Positions 13,919 to 34,397 of a DNA stretch of 64,000 nucleotides are shown in pieces. How positions within the stretch are numbered: position 1 is the stretch's first letter; every line of letters begins with the position of its first letter. Origin of the DNA: Tubulanus polymorphus. Its lineage: Eukaryota > Animalia > Nemertea. The stretch is taken from NCBI RefSeq assembly GCF_964204645.1, contig NC_134027.1:6418485-6482484 (forward strand), given 5' to 3'. The notes under the pieces are model-generated. The model had not been told where the DNA came from, searched no databases, and saw nothing but the letters and a program-made list of their open reading frames with translations. The translations under genes and the position numbers were made by a program.

Positions 13919-15604
13919 TAATATATAGCATTGATTTTAGTTTACTCATTCGCTACTAAGCTTGAGACATCCCATTCTTTTTGAATATTACAAAGGCCCC
14001 TCCTCACTAGTTACAGCATGTATTGTGTACTCATATTTACTGCTATGCCTAAAGTAAACTTGGCTGATATTGTACCTGAGTGCACTGACCACTAAGTTAT
14101 GGCTAACACTTGAGATTGTGTAGCTCCCTATATCAAGATAAGCGCCAATATCTACAACAATTTATACATTTCGTAATTGTTTTTCACGGAAATATGAACA
14201 TACCAAAATCTTGTTATATCAAATTTTAAAACGTGAAATTTAACTGATAGTCAGTTCATCTCTGTATGATGTTTTATGAAATTTTATATATGTATTGAGT
14301 AACGAGTCGTTGAACAGTAATGATTTGTAGTATTGCAGGTTCATTTATCCGCTCAACTCAAAAGCATTCTTTTGAGGTGAAAAAGTCAAATAAAATACCT
14401 ACTTGTAGTGGTGTTTGATACTGGATTTGACTCATTTCAGCCTTAAACCATTAATGTCGATGACTGTCAGTGATGCAATTTTGTGGGGATATTGGTTGGA
14501 TATTTTATGGCCTCTAAGGGCTTTGTAAGAAGTGTAAATAAGATCGTGTCAAAACCATGTGTAACGTTGGTTTTTCTATATTACATCTAAAACCATATAT
14601 ACCAGTAGTATTTATTGAATTTCTATGAAATGTTTGTAAAATAAATTAGATTAAAAACCTCAAATAAACAATATGCTAATTTACCAAACAATCGATGTTG
14701 TCAGGAGTAGCAGTGTAGCACCTGTGTAGACTATTTATATATGATAATTTGTATAATACAAGACAGGAATAGTAACTAACTGAATTTGTCAGGTCTTGCA
14801 CCAACAGTTCTTAGGGGCTTCAATGGCTTGAATAGCAGGGTTGAGGAAAGGTTTATAGAAATGGATATAATGAATGTGTATGCTTTTTCTATCATTTAGC
14901 TTTTGGGTCGTATGTCGTATGTACATGAAAGCTTAGACTATTCAACTCAAAGGGATTTGGTGAATGCTGTGGATACCATTGCTACGAAATGCTACGAATC
15001 CTCACTTGAAATGATTCGAGGGCCGGGTTGCGAACAGCTATTCGCTGTCAATTATTAGCAAAAGTTAAATAGGCAAATGGTGAAAGATTATTTTTTTGTT
15101 AATGTGCTTTATTTTAAACTGTAAAGATATCTAATATAATATATATATTATATAATCATGTACTAAAAACAACTGTAAGATTTGATATTAGTGTACAGTA
15201 TAATAGTTCTGTTATTTGGTTATTTTTGTTTTTCAATTTTCTGCATGTTTATATTTACAGCTATCATTATGATTTATTTACTATACATGTATTTATCGTA
15301 ATGTGCAAGTGTGGAATTAAAATATTGTCAAATTCACACGTTACATAACTTTTATGTTTACAATTGTACTATATACTAGTGGATAAGAAAAAGAGAATGA
15401 ATTCACATAAATGTTTTCTTGAGTTCTCGTTTCTCAATTCATGGTCATGGATATTCTCAAAATATTGGTTGAACATTGGATCCCTTGTATGACTGTCACA
15501 ATCATTGGAGCACTCAAATAAAACAACTTAAACAACATAAGGTTAATCTTTACGAATATTGGTTTTTTATTTTTGACCATTAACAAAATATACGCAACAT
15601 ACGT

Positions 15605-16668
15605 TCATAATGAAACGATGTCCTTGCTCGCAGATCTGCCAATAACAGCCTCTAAAAGACTTCCCACTTCTAGTTCCTTTTCTTTTATTTTACACATCTG
15701 AATTAAGTAAAATGTAAGGCATAATGATTAAGTCAAGATATGAAAAATGTAAGCCAGAAAACTGGCACAGGAAACCACAGGAGGGACAATATTCCTGGCG
15801 TGCTAATGTCAAGCAGTGTTTACTTCTTATACTTTTTATAGGTTAAACACATTCATTGAGGTGACTGATATAATCTTACTAGATCATAAAACAAACCTTT
15901 TTAATTGCAGTTTCATCAGTGAATTGATTAACCAGATCGGTTCCAATTCTAATACCATCAACGGAACTGAGAAATGTTGAAATTTCATCCATCGATGTAT
16001 TTACCTTACAGATCTGAACGAACATTATGGATGTGTCTTTATCTGAGCTGCCATACTTTTTGAAAGCGTCTGATATCTGCAACGTAAATAGAATATTAAT
16101 CAATACAAATCCTCTCAGCTTCCATTGACCTGGAGTATCACAAGCTAATAGTAATAAAAATAATTCTAATACATGATGATGATTCTTCAATGTTATCCAT
16201 ATCATACAATATAACAGAATGAAACTAAACTTTAAATTTGTATTTTTATAGTCAATTCTAATAGCTCATGTCTAATTAAACACTTACATTTTTACTCGGT
16301 GACATGTTGTAAATGATCTCTGAATGTAAATTGCGTGTAACCATTTTACCATTCACGGATAGGTGCAGTGCTTTTGTAGCAGCACATAAGACTTGGAATC
16401 TGTCAATTATCTACAGATACATTAAATATATTCAGTTAGCTACAGCCAAACACTACAGTGTGTAATAAAAGAATGTGATAAAAAACTACTGTTCAATTTC
16501 TACGTCATATCATCATACCATTTTTGGATTTAGTAGAGCCACCTCGATCTCTCCATTCATCACCCTACTTTTTATAGTTGAACAGTTCTTTACATCTTTA
16601 AATAAGGATAAATTTATAGAAAAATCTTCAATAATCGAACAAGGAAACGATTCCATGGGCGCAGCCAT
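15605..16668 (-). CDS. TPRKB: EKC/KEOPS complex subunit TPRKB (Cgi121), 4 exons
   Basis: LSLFKDVKNCSTIKSRVMNGEIEVALLNPKM, MVTRNLHSEIIYNMSPSKN, ISDAFKKYGSSDKD, and C-terminal KIKEKELEVGSLLEAVIGRSASKDIVSL*. Confidence 0.93.
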
Positions 16669-17297
16669 CTTGTACAAGTCACATGACCAACAATCACTCA
16701 AATTCAAATGTTACCTTCTTGAGCAAATAAAACCGATAGCGGAGCGGCAGTCTCGTAGACTTTAATTTTTTCCTAGGCGAAAAACAGCCACAACTAGTCG
16801 TTCCGTGGTAGGATTTCTATATGTACTAACGCCAGATTTCACCTCAACAAATGTCACTCAATCTTAATAACACCGGAGCTTCTAAGATCTCATTCGAAAA
16901 ATGAACAATTTATTAGACAGAAAAGAAAAAACGACCAAGAAAAAGGTAACCCGGTAACTCCGCGCCGGCCGAGAGGAATGAAGCCTAAGGAATATGATAA
17001 GAAATAAGGCTACAATATTTGCTAGTTCATTATTATGCTCAGTAACAATTTCTAGTGGCTCGAATCTCGAAGGTAAAATGAGAAAGCGTGCACCTCATTG
17101 CGGCGCGCCGCGTTCATATTCGTTCTCTTGCTATCGACACATCATAACACAAGATTTAGTCAGCATTATTAGTGTGTAACTTCAGACGAAATCGAAAACA
17201 CTGGATTTACGAACGCTGAAATCAACATGACTATTATCAACGTTTGGAAGTTAACATCAGTAGCTCTGACCCATCATCAGCACGAGGAACCAGTCTG

Positions 17298-25078
<7,781 letters not shown>

Positions 25079-26096
25079 AACTACGCTAACACTGAGAGGA
25101 TGTATTCTCAAACTAGCAATCGGACATGACAGCTTGTATACTTTGATAATTTAAAATGCAAAATAAAATGTCATAGATTGGGCATATGCTATATCGGCTG
25201 GGGACATCGGTGGGGTATTTTATATACAAAGGCGTATCTAAGGTCAGATTAAGAATAATGCTGATTTTTTTGATTTCGTAACTACCTCAACATTTAAGCC
25301 TTTAAGAGATTTAAGCCTTTTTGTTTTCATCCGATGTGTACAATCTTAGACGGTATGACACCATTATTCAAATGACTGTTTGACTAAGTCATCTGAAAAC
25401 GAAGTTTTATTTCATAAATTACTGACGGTCTTCGGTTTCCATAAAATGCAGTAAATTGTATTAGATAGGTATTTTTTAACTGACCTTAAAGCACATCGGA
25501 TGTTTTTCTACGGTCCTATATACATTTATAAGTTAATACTGAATCATGAATTATCTAGATACTCACTGATAATCACTTTTGTTGTAAACAATGCAGGACA
25601 ATCACGAGACAGGCCAAGAGCAACGGCCGATAGTAAAATGTATAGAAAAAGTAGCTTTGTAATTATCAAAAAGATTTAATTGTTCATATCGAAATAAACA
25701 TATTTTTGCGTTACATAATCGTTCTTTATCTTGAAGCTCTGTGAGCAGGATCAGTGTTCGTATCGAACAGCCCGATTGTGGAAAACGTCTTACAGCGTTG
25801 TTCGTCTAATGCAGCCAGTTGTCTTACAATCGTGCGTATTTTGGCCACTAACCCGGATGAAGTAACAAACAACATAAACTAGGATAATGATAATTTATTT
25901 CAAACAAACAACATACTTGCACATCAAAAACCTTTAAAATTTGGATGGATTTTGGACGTATGGTGGCTAATTCGGGCCGTACTACATGTAAAAAAATTTC
26001 TGCTCGGCTAGAGACACAATACAATTTTCTACATTGGACAATTTTTTTTTCTCGCATGAGAAAACAAAACTTTTCGTTTTCTCGAGCCAAAATATT

Positions 26097-28103
26097 CTAC
26101 GATTTCAAAGTATGACTCTCGCTCATTTGTATAATCTCATGCAAAAATTCTTCCGGAATTTCTATATTTTGATTAGGTTTGTTAACACCGTCATTCACGT
26201 GCATCTCATTAACCAGGCTTAATTCCTTTACAATCGGGTTTAAAGTGTTTGCCGATTTTAACAGCTTCATTTCATTAACGATAATTGAAGTTTCTTTTGT
26301 ATGAATGTCACTGACATGTTTTTTTAAATTGTCCGTTGTCAGAAATTTCATATTACAAACTTCGCATACAAATATTTCACGTTTCACGTCCGGTGAATGC
26401 TTTAAGTCGGTGTGAACTTTCAAAAGTTTCTCGTTTTTGAAGTCCTTGTCACAAAATTCACATTTGAACATGAGAAGCTGATGCTCTCTAAGCGCGTGTC
26501 GTTTATATTCAGTCTGGTTATCGAATATCATCGAACAGTGAAGACATTTGTGTTTGTCGCAAACGTGAACACTATTCAAATGACGATTCAAACTATGCTT
26601 GCGGACGAAGCTCTTTTCGCAGTGATTACACTTATAGAGACCTTGCCCGAGGTGTATACGCATGTGATCCTTCAGATTCCTTGCCCACTTGAATTGTTTA
26701 TTGCACCTGCCGCATTTGTAAACCGTCGACTGTTCGTGGACTTGTCTACGATGTTCACGTAAGCCAGCTTTTTTCGTGAACACGTTTCCACAAATTTCGC
26801 ATCGAAACGGTGTCGATCGTTCGTGCAGCCGTCGATGAACGTCGTAATCAGTTTGCGTCTTGAACAATTTACGACAGACGTCGCATCGAAACGGTTTCGA
26901 GCCGCTGTGGAAATTCATATGCTCGAGAAGTTGGTCTTTTCGCATGAAACGTTCGCGGCAAACGTCGCACTGAAACGGTCGAGCGCCGGAGTGAATACGT
27001 TTATGATTATTGAGATTCGACACGCGTACGAATTTCGCCGTGCACTGATCGCAATGGAACGGTTTTTCGCCGGTGTGCACCAACCGATGACGTTCCAATT
27101 GACTACGACAGTTGTACCGCTTACCGCAATCGACACAAAGATACGGAAGTCGTGCTATGTCGTTGCTCGAGTAAACAGCGGAATGTTCAAGATTATTTTC
27201 TGTTACCGTGTCACAAATTGCGTTCATTATTTTCACGACAGTTGTTGAGGTCTGGAATATGTTATTTTGAATCGCTGTAGCGCGTTGATCCGCAACGGGC
27301 TGCACTTCTATATTCAGGCGGTCCTTCGGAAGAACATTATTGATAGATGACTGCGTTTTTAGATTTTCTGTTGATCGCACTAGTTTTAAACAATCATTCT
27401 CTTCTACCATATAAATACAACCATCTATGTCGAATGTGTTCGTGTTGTCACTGGAAGAAATGACAATTTCCCTGCAACCTGCAAAATATCATGACTAATT
27501 GAAAATCATTCAAAATTGGTCACTTATACACTGGATCACTTAACATCTGCCGGGTTAAGCCTATTGAACTTACGTTTTCTATAAAAGTTTCTTCTCTCTT
27601 CCCAGTGACGCCAAGTAGCATCATCAACCTTTTCGATGAGATCGTCCAGAATATTGAGGTTTTCTTGCAATGATTTCAGTAGCAGTTCATTTGGGTAATC
27701 TGAAAAAACATCATAAATCATCAGTGTAACTCTATTTCCAATATGGCCATGATGATTGTTAAATCTAATGTTAATCAGTTATTACCAAATTGAAGTTTGT
27801 TGGTCTTGGAATTTCCTTTCTTTATCATAATTGTAGGTCTACCCTTTTCTATCACATAATCTGAAATCATAAAACACATCACTGGGCGTGTGAGGGTGGT
27901 GCTGGTGGTGCCATTGGACTGGTGGCATTAACTATCAAGCAAGGAAACGTACGAAAGGCTAGTCTAGTACCTAGCCGTCGTTCCACACTGAGGGAACCGG
28001 TATTGCGGTAAAAACAACGACTGGTATTCAGACTCTAACGAAAGGCAGGCTCACTTTCAGGCTTCATTATCCACCGAAGTGTACTGAAGTTACATGTAGC
28101 CAT
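26097..28103 (-). CDS. Multi-C2H2 zinc-finger protein
   Basis: 437-aa ORF with about 10 CxxC..HxxxH fingers and TGEKP-like linkers. Phase-1 upstream exons 28103-28055 and 27860-27786 splice in frame to the acceptor at 27478. Confidence 0.9.
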
Positions 28104-28629
28104 ATTATCAAATAAATCCACCCCCACATACCTAATAGAACCATGATTTGTTTGCTCAGTGGTAATCGAAAAATCAAAAATCGCAAAAAAAAATTTCTAG
28201 TATATTTCGGTCTTCGACCTTGAGAGATGCGCTGCGGCAAAAAACCCGGTCGTGGTATATTGGTAAAACACGGATTCGGCCTTTAGGTGTATTCACCTCG
28301 CTCATCGGATTAAGTTTTTGATTGCCGTCCAGTGGTTCTACTCAGATAAAAGTCTTAACTTATTGGCAATAATAATTTGCTGCAACACCCGGTCGATTGA
28401 CGGTGGGCGGTTTAATCTCCTCGGCCCTGGCCTAGGGCCATGTCGAAAACTGGAAGAGAGAAGACCCGATAGGGCACTAATTTGGCAGGGTTGAGTAGCA
28501 CAGAAAATTACGGGGCGAAAGAGCTGGAATCGATCGTAACTATTTGACAGAGGAGAGCTAGTTAAAGCCAGAAAACGTAATCACCACCTTGGTTACGAAG
28601 ATAATCGGTATCGAAGCTTAGTGGTTGTT

Positions 28630-30964
28630 ATGGAAATGACGGATGATTTTGGGAGCGGACTGTTCGGCACGATGGTTGTAGATAATACGCGCTCAGATGA
28701 TGAGGATGATTTCAGCGAACCGGATAACGATACAGCAACACAACGATCGCAATGCCGACGTAAAAGTTTAGCCGATTCAATTAAAGAGTGCAAAAAGGCG
28801 AAAAATATTAGGAAAAATATACCACGTCAGCCAGGACACTATAGGGTTCGTTAATGTAAAATTTCCGAGGTCATTTAATTTGCAAATCAAAATGTCGGGA
28901 ACAAATCGTTTCAATTAGATTATCTATTCGAAAGTTGTGCGACAGGCGGCATTTGACAGATGACACCGATGCACATGGTAGAACAGTGAAACATTACGAC
29001 ATACCAGTGATGGGGAATTTTGAACGAAGCACCCGAAGATTGACATTGTCGGCAGTTCGACAGTAAGTTGAATAAAAATGGGCGCAGTCGCAGTGTCTTA
29101 AGACAACGTGTACTACCGACAATCTAGGGTCCATTTTTGGTCTGCACTGCTCAGAGTATGGGTTTCTGGGATTCATTATCAAAAAGAATCTCATTCATAT
29201 GTTCTTCAAATGACAAACATATTTTGTGAACAATAGCGCAGTCGAAAAAGAGAAGATTCAACGAATCAGCAAAGAGCAAGAGACGTCGGAGGTAGCAAGA
29301 GCGTTTCTGGCCAATCTCAACAAGGAATTCCGTCATGTGATCAACGCCAATAAACAGCGGCACAAGCGAGATGTGCACAAAACTATTGCCGATACAGAAG
29401 ACAGGAAATCCATCGTACTGGAAGAATTAAGCCACGCTGCCGGCAAAAAGGTTTAAAAAATGTATTCCAGACTAAAAACTCTCGTATGAAACTATATCAT
29501 TGCACCAGATTTACATTAAAAATAGCAATATCCCAGTGAAGATGTGTTATAGGGGATTAGTAATACGACACACCTCTATTTTCACGAGGAAGATATGGAC
29601 ACATACTCATGACGTATCAATTGTAATTGTTTTCAATATTCAATGTTTTAAGGAAGCGGCCAAGTTGATAGAAGACGAGCGAAAAAGAAGACTCGAAGAA
29701 TTGGCGGACATGATTGACGACAACAAGGTCCAGTATTTCTCAGATCAACTATCGACCATTGAAAATAAAAAAGCAATCTAAATCTAAACGAAGATGTTTG
29801 AATTTTAGGCCTGCGAGAAACAGGTGCAAAGTTTACTAAACGCGATTGCGGCTAATAATGATAAAATGGATGCCGTCAGGAATGAAATCATGCAAGCGAT
29901 GGCTTTACGAGATGTAAATATAATGTAATCGAAAAGTCGTTGATGCAATCGTGGCAGTTAGTAATTGAGATTATTTCGTAATTTTTCTCACGAACTTAGG
30001 AAGGGTTAAAAGAAATAGAAAACGAAGATTACCATTTCGTCTGCGATCACAAGGATCAGCTACTCAATGAATTTCAATATAAACTCATTAAAAAACCACA
30101 ACTAGATAAACAGGTACGACAAAAACAAACGAAAACGTACTTCTTTTACAAGACTTTGTGATTTATTTTCTCATTAACGCCGTTTCTTATCCAACATCTG
30201 AAATAAAAAGCACCACAATCCAGATTTTCAATTCCCCGGTAAAGAAAAAAAAACAAATAGAGAATCAGCAATTAATACTTCATTTCTGTAGATCGCCCAA
30301 GAACAGCGTCAGCGATCATTAAAAACCACAATGACCGATTTCATCAAACAGGACGCCCACGAAAAACTTCAAGGAGCGATGTCTGAAATGTTGAAACTCT
30401 TCTCGACTGTTGAAGTGAGCGAAAACACAAAGGCCGAACCCAATTATTGATGCCAGAACAACATACTATCAATTAGCTTTTTATCTATTTTAGGTATTAA
30501 ATACAGATTTATTTTTTATCGCTTTCAGATTAATGATTTAGAAGATGAGATGTTTGCAAAATCTCAGATACAACAAAGGAAATCCATTTGTTTGGATGAG
30601 CTTCAACAAGTGTAAGGCTAAGTACAATGAATTGATAATGAATAGTCAAAATTCAAAATATTGAATGAAGGTAATTTGCTCTTTTAGAGTTCTGAGCAGG
30701 GATCTAGAGAGAGAATGCGCTCATGAAAAAGCGAGAAGAATTTTGGAGTTGGAACAAAATGGAGCCGGCATCAGCGATTATATCAAAGACGCTATCGACC
30801 GAGTCCACCGCGAAATGATCGTCAACATATTCAATGGCCACCTAGTGGCACCACAAGTGAAACGCCGAATCCAGATTGGGACCCAACAGGAGAGTGAGCA
30901 GGATAGACGGCTGCGGAAGCAGCGTGAGGGCATGAGACGCAAATCCATGTATGTTGCATCGTAA
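28630..30964 (+). CDS. Uncharacterised coiled-coil protein (about 9 exons)
   Basis: Series of GT-AG-bounded open exons rich in E/K/R/Q (MEMTDDFGSGLFG..., AVEKEKIQRISKEQE..., EAAKLIEDERKRRLEEL..., ...LRKQREGMRRKSMYVAS*). No family recognised. Confidence 0.7.
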
Positions 30965-31614
30965 AATATGGTTAGAAAAGCAGCATATATTATATAGCCA
31001 TAGTTACCACCCAGCCAAAACCATAGCAACGCCACTTCACCTAAACTTGTTATATAAATTGACCCATATCAGCGAATAAACTATATACTCATACGACAAA
31101 GCTTGTTCAGTTTCTAAGTACCGGTATTTTTTCAGGGAAGAGTTTGACGGAAAATATTTTGGCTGAATTTTATTCTCTCCATGTTTCTCGCGAAGTATCC
31201 GGTTAATATAATGAAGTCTATCGAAATTTCTACTTTTCCTTTAATCGTAGCCAGGTACCAGACACAGTGCCCGCTTGCAAGACCCGTCATCAATTTTTAT
31301 ACAATAAAGAAAATATGGGTAGCTTTTTTTATAAAACGAAGCCAGAGTTTCGCTGAGTACCGTTGGCGTCGAGATCAATTCTGGCTGTTAACGGGATAGT
31401 TCAGAGTCTTCTAGATCTGATAGGCGATAGTAATTGTTTCTTTGAGATTTTTTTCAGGTCAATTAGTTTTGTTCCGCCCACTAGCGGAAAATACAGTCCG
31501 CGCAATGCCGAGTTGAACGCGCCAATGATTTGTGGGGTTCGAACATGCCAGTTCAGTAATAGGTAGTAAAAGTAGCCTTTCTAATCTAATCGCTACCCCG
31601 CCGAAGAATTAAAC

Positions 31615-34397
31615 ATGGCCGCCACTGAGCTGCCAACAAGTTCTATGAACAATTTGAACATCAATTTGGCAAACAATTCCACTTCGGTCGACATTCAAAA
31701 AGGCAACGAACCTGGTGCTGCAGGGAGCGGATTGATTATAGCTTCTAGTTCATTAGAAGACCTGACATTCGATGCGTTGGAAGATGAAGACGCGTCCAAA
31801 ACTCGTCGAGCGCACAGCGGAACGATCAGTCAAATCGTTCGTTCACGATCAGTTCATCCTGATGATGATGCTAATCAGGCACCAAGCCCAGCAACAACCA
31901 TAGATACTGTAAGCAAAACGTGTTAGTCTGGTAGCTTAAAGACTGCATTTCCAAGGCTCAATTTATACAATTCTAAAATAACCACCCTGCGCTCCGGTTC
32001 TTGTTAAGATTAAGTTGCCTTTCTCCAATCAATTCAATTCAAGAAAACACAGAAACATCTTCTATCTGGCATAATCAGAAGGTTCATCATGTTAGGATTG
32101 TTTAATTCCAATTATCAGCATCCCATACAAAAAATCTCTGCCCGGGATCGGATACTGTCAAAATCGAGCCCCTCATTTTGATTCAAGTGTCAAATTAAAT
32201 TTAACTTATTGCTCTTACATCGCAGGATACGAACAGTGAAGATTTAGTGCAAGGAGGCAGCGAGGATACGAGTAGTAGGGAAGATGTTTGTGAAACGAGC
32301 AGTCAATCGAGTGATATACGATCGAGAATCTATGACGCGGATGAAGAAGACGTTGAACCTGCCGATGATATTCACAGTGAGGTGTGGCGACAACAGAAAC
32401 TGCATGTATTCATACTGAGTGAAGCCGGAAAACCAATATACTCGCGGTAAGTCGGACGTTCAATAGACTTGCCTCAGATCTCTTCAAGGCTTCCCAGGTA
32501 GTTCCACTCCAGCAACAATGCTGGCCTCAATAGCTCATTGGGATTAGTTGCGATGCTGTTGCATTCATTATCAGATGCTGTTGCATTCATGCTCAGAGAC
32601 AAGCGGGTTCGAGTCCTGCTGGCTGATGACTGTGTATGGAGAAATAATACTATATAAGGCCGTCCCCATCCCTTGCTGAGGTTAAATCAACAATCCAATA
32701 GGGTTAGGCAGAGTATGACAAAAAGCAAAAACAATGGGTCATCTTCACTTGAATTGAAGTGGGAAGATTTTGTCTGGGGTACATCATAATCTGAGGCAAT
32801 CCGATCTGCGACAAGTGGAAATACAGTAAAACTGACTGGTATTGTTATTCTAGTTGAATTCATGTATACATTTTTTTTAATGAGCAGGTATGGTAAAGAG
32901 GATAAACTAGTGACGATAATGGGAGTGATGCAAGCGCTCGTGTCATTCGTACAGGACTCGAAGGATTCATTACGTTGTATCGTAGCCGGAAATCATAAAT
33001 TCGTATTTCTCGTACGCGAGCATATCATGTTAGTGTGTGTTTCACGGACAAGCGAGTCGACCGCTCAGTTGCTTATGCGACTCATGTACGTTAATAATCA
33101 AATCATCAGCGTATTAACTCATAGTCAGTTGGCGCGAATATTCAAACAGCGTCGCAATTACGATTTGCGTCGGTTGTTGTCCGGTGCTGAGAAATTCATA
33201 GACAACCTACTGCAGCTAATAGACTGTGATCCGAGTTATTTATTGGGCTCCGTGCGATGCCTGCCATTAGCTAGTTCAGTCAGGGATACTATCGCGCAAA
33301 CTGTCATTCAATATGCAAAGGTTAAGGTGAGTAAGACTAAATTAAAAACATTTTAACAATTTCCCTTGAACTCCATTGAAAGATTTCTGGAATTGTTTTC
33401 AGGATTTAGTGTTTGCGATATTGATAGCAAATAACCAATTAGTGACATTAGTTCGTATGAAGAAGTATTTCTTACACCCAGTAGATTTACATCTGATCAT
33501 CAACCTGGTCAGTGCATCAGAGTCATTCAAGGCAGCTGAATCTTGGACACCTATCTGTTTACCTAAATTCGATTCAAGGTCAGTACGCCACGGGTAGTGT
33601 CTCTCTCAGAAACTGCATATTGCAATACTTACTCCAACGCAATCTAAGCTTAGTTTGTATTTTGTATATAGTGGATACCTCCATGGACATGTATCCTATC
33701 TGGATGAAGATTGCCACACTTGCCTTTTACTATTGACCGTCGATAGAGATATGTTCTTCACGCTGTCAGATTGCAAGGCGAAGATTACTAATGTAAGTTT
33801 ATGTGGATCAACTTGATTCATCCAATTATTAGCAATCTGGTTTAGATATTTGAAAACGAACGAAAGCATTTTGTATTTTGTACCGTTTTAGAGATTAAAT
33901 CGTCACCATTGTTTGGAGGCAATTAAGGAATCAGTGCTACAAAAAGGTTACAGCACGAGGCAGGTTGGAATTCCGGACTTACGGCATTTCATATATAAAT
34001 CACGCAGTACGGCTCAGTTCACGAGTCCAGATTTCGAAGCGCCGTACGTCACTTCCGAGGAACGTGAACGGGTTTTCTCGCTATACCAATATCTACATCA
34101 TCGAATTCATAATTCAACTCGACCACTGCGATTACTATTTCACGTAGGAGAATATGAAACATTACTAGGATGGGTAAGTATTGTGAGCGAGAAGATAATG
34201 ATAATGAAAATCGAGTACTGAATGTAGATAATTCAACTTGTGTATTATATTTTAAGGTGACTGCTGGTTTTGAATTGTACACAGTATTCGGTCCATTGGT
34301 GACGAAACCAATAGCCATTCATTCCATAGAGAAATTACTGAAATGGATCAAGAGAGAAGAAGCACGCCTGTTCATTCTCAATTCACCTACCTTTTGA
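31615..34397 (+). CDS. MON1: Vacuolar fusion protein MON1 (Rab7 GEF subunit), 7 exons
   Basis: HVFILSEAGKPIYSRYG, IMGVMQALVSFV, NYDLRRLLSGAE, ESWTPICLPKFD, GIPDLRHFIYKSRSTAQF, and C-terminal LLKWIKREEARLFILNSPTF*. Confidence 0.97.
32523..32735 (+). mobile_element. tRNA-derived SINE in MON1 intron 2
   Basis: GGCC start, A-box TAGCTCATTGG, B-box GGTTCGAGTCC (32606-32616), non-tRNA body and A-rich tail. An internal duplication of GATGCTGTTGCATTCAT breaks the cloverleaf. Confidence 0.6.

Noticed and set aside
26412-27248. Plus-strand ORFs opposite the zinc-finger exon
   Set aside because: Antisense shadows of a long coding exon.
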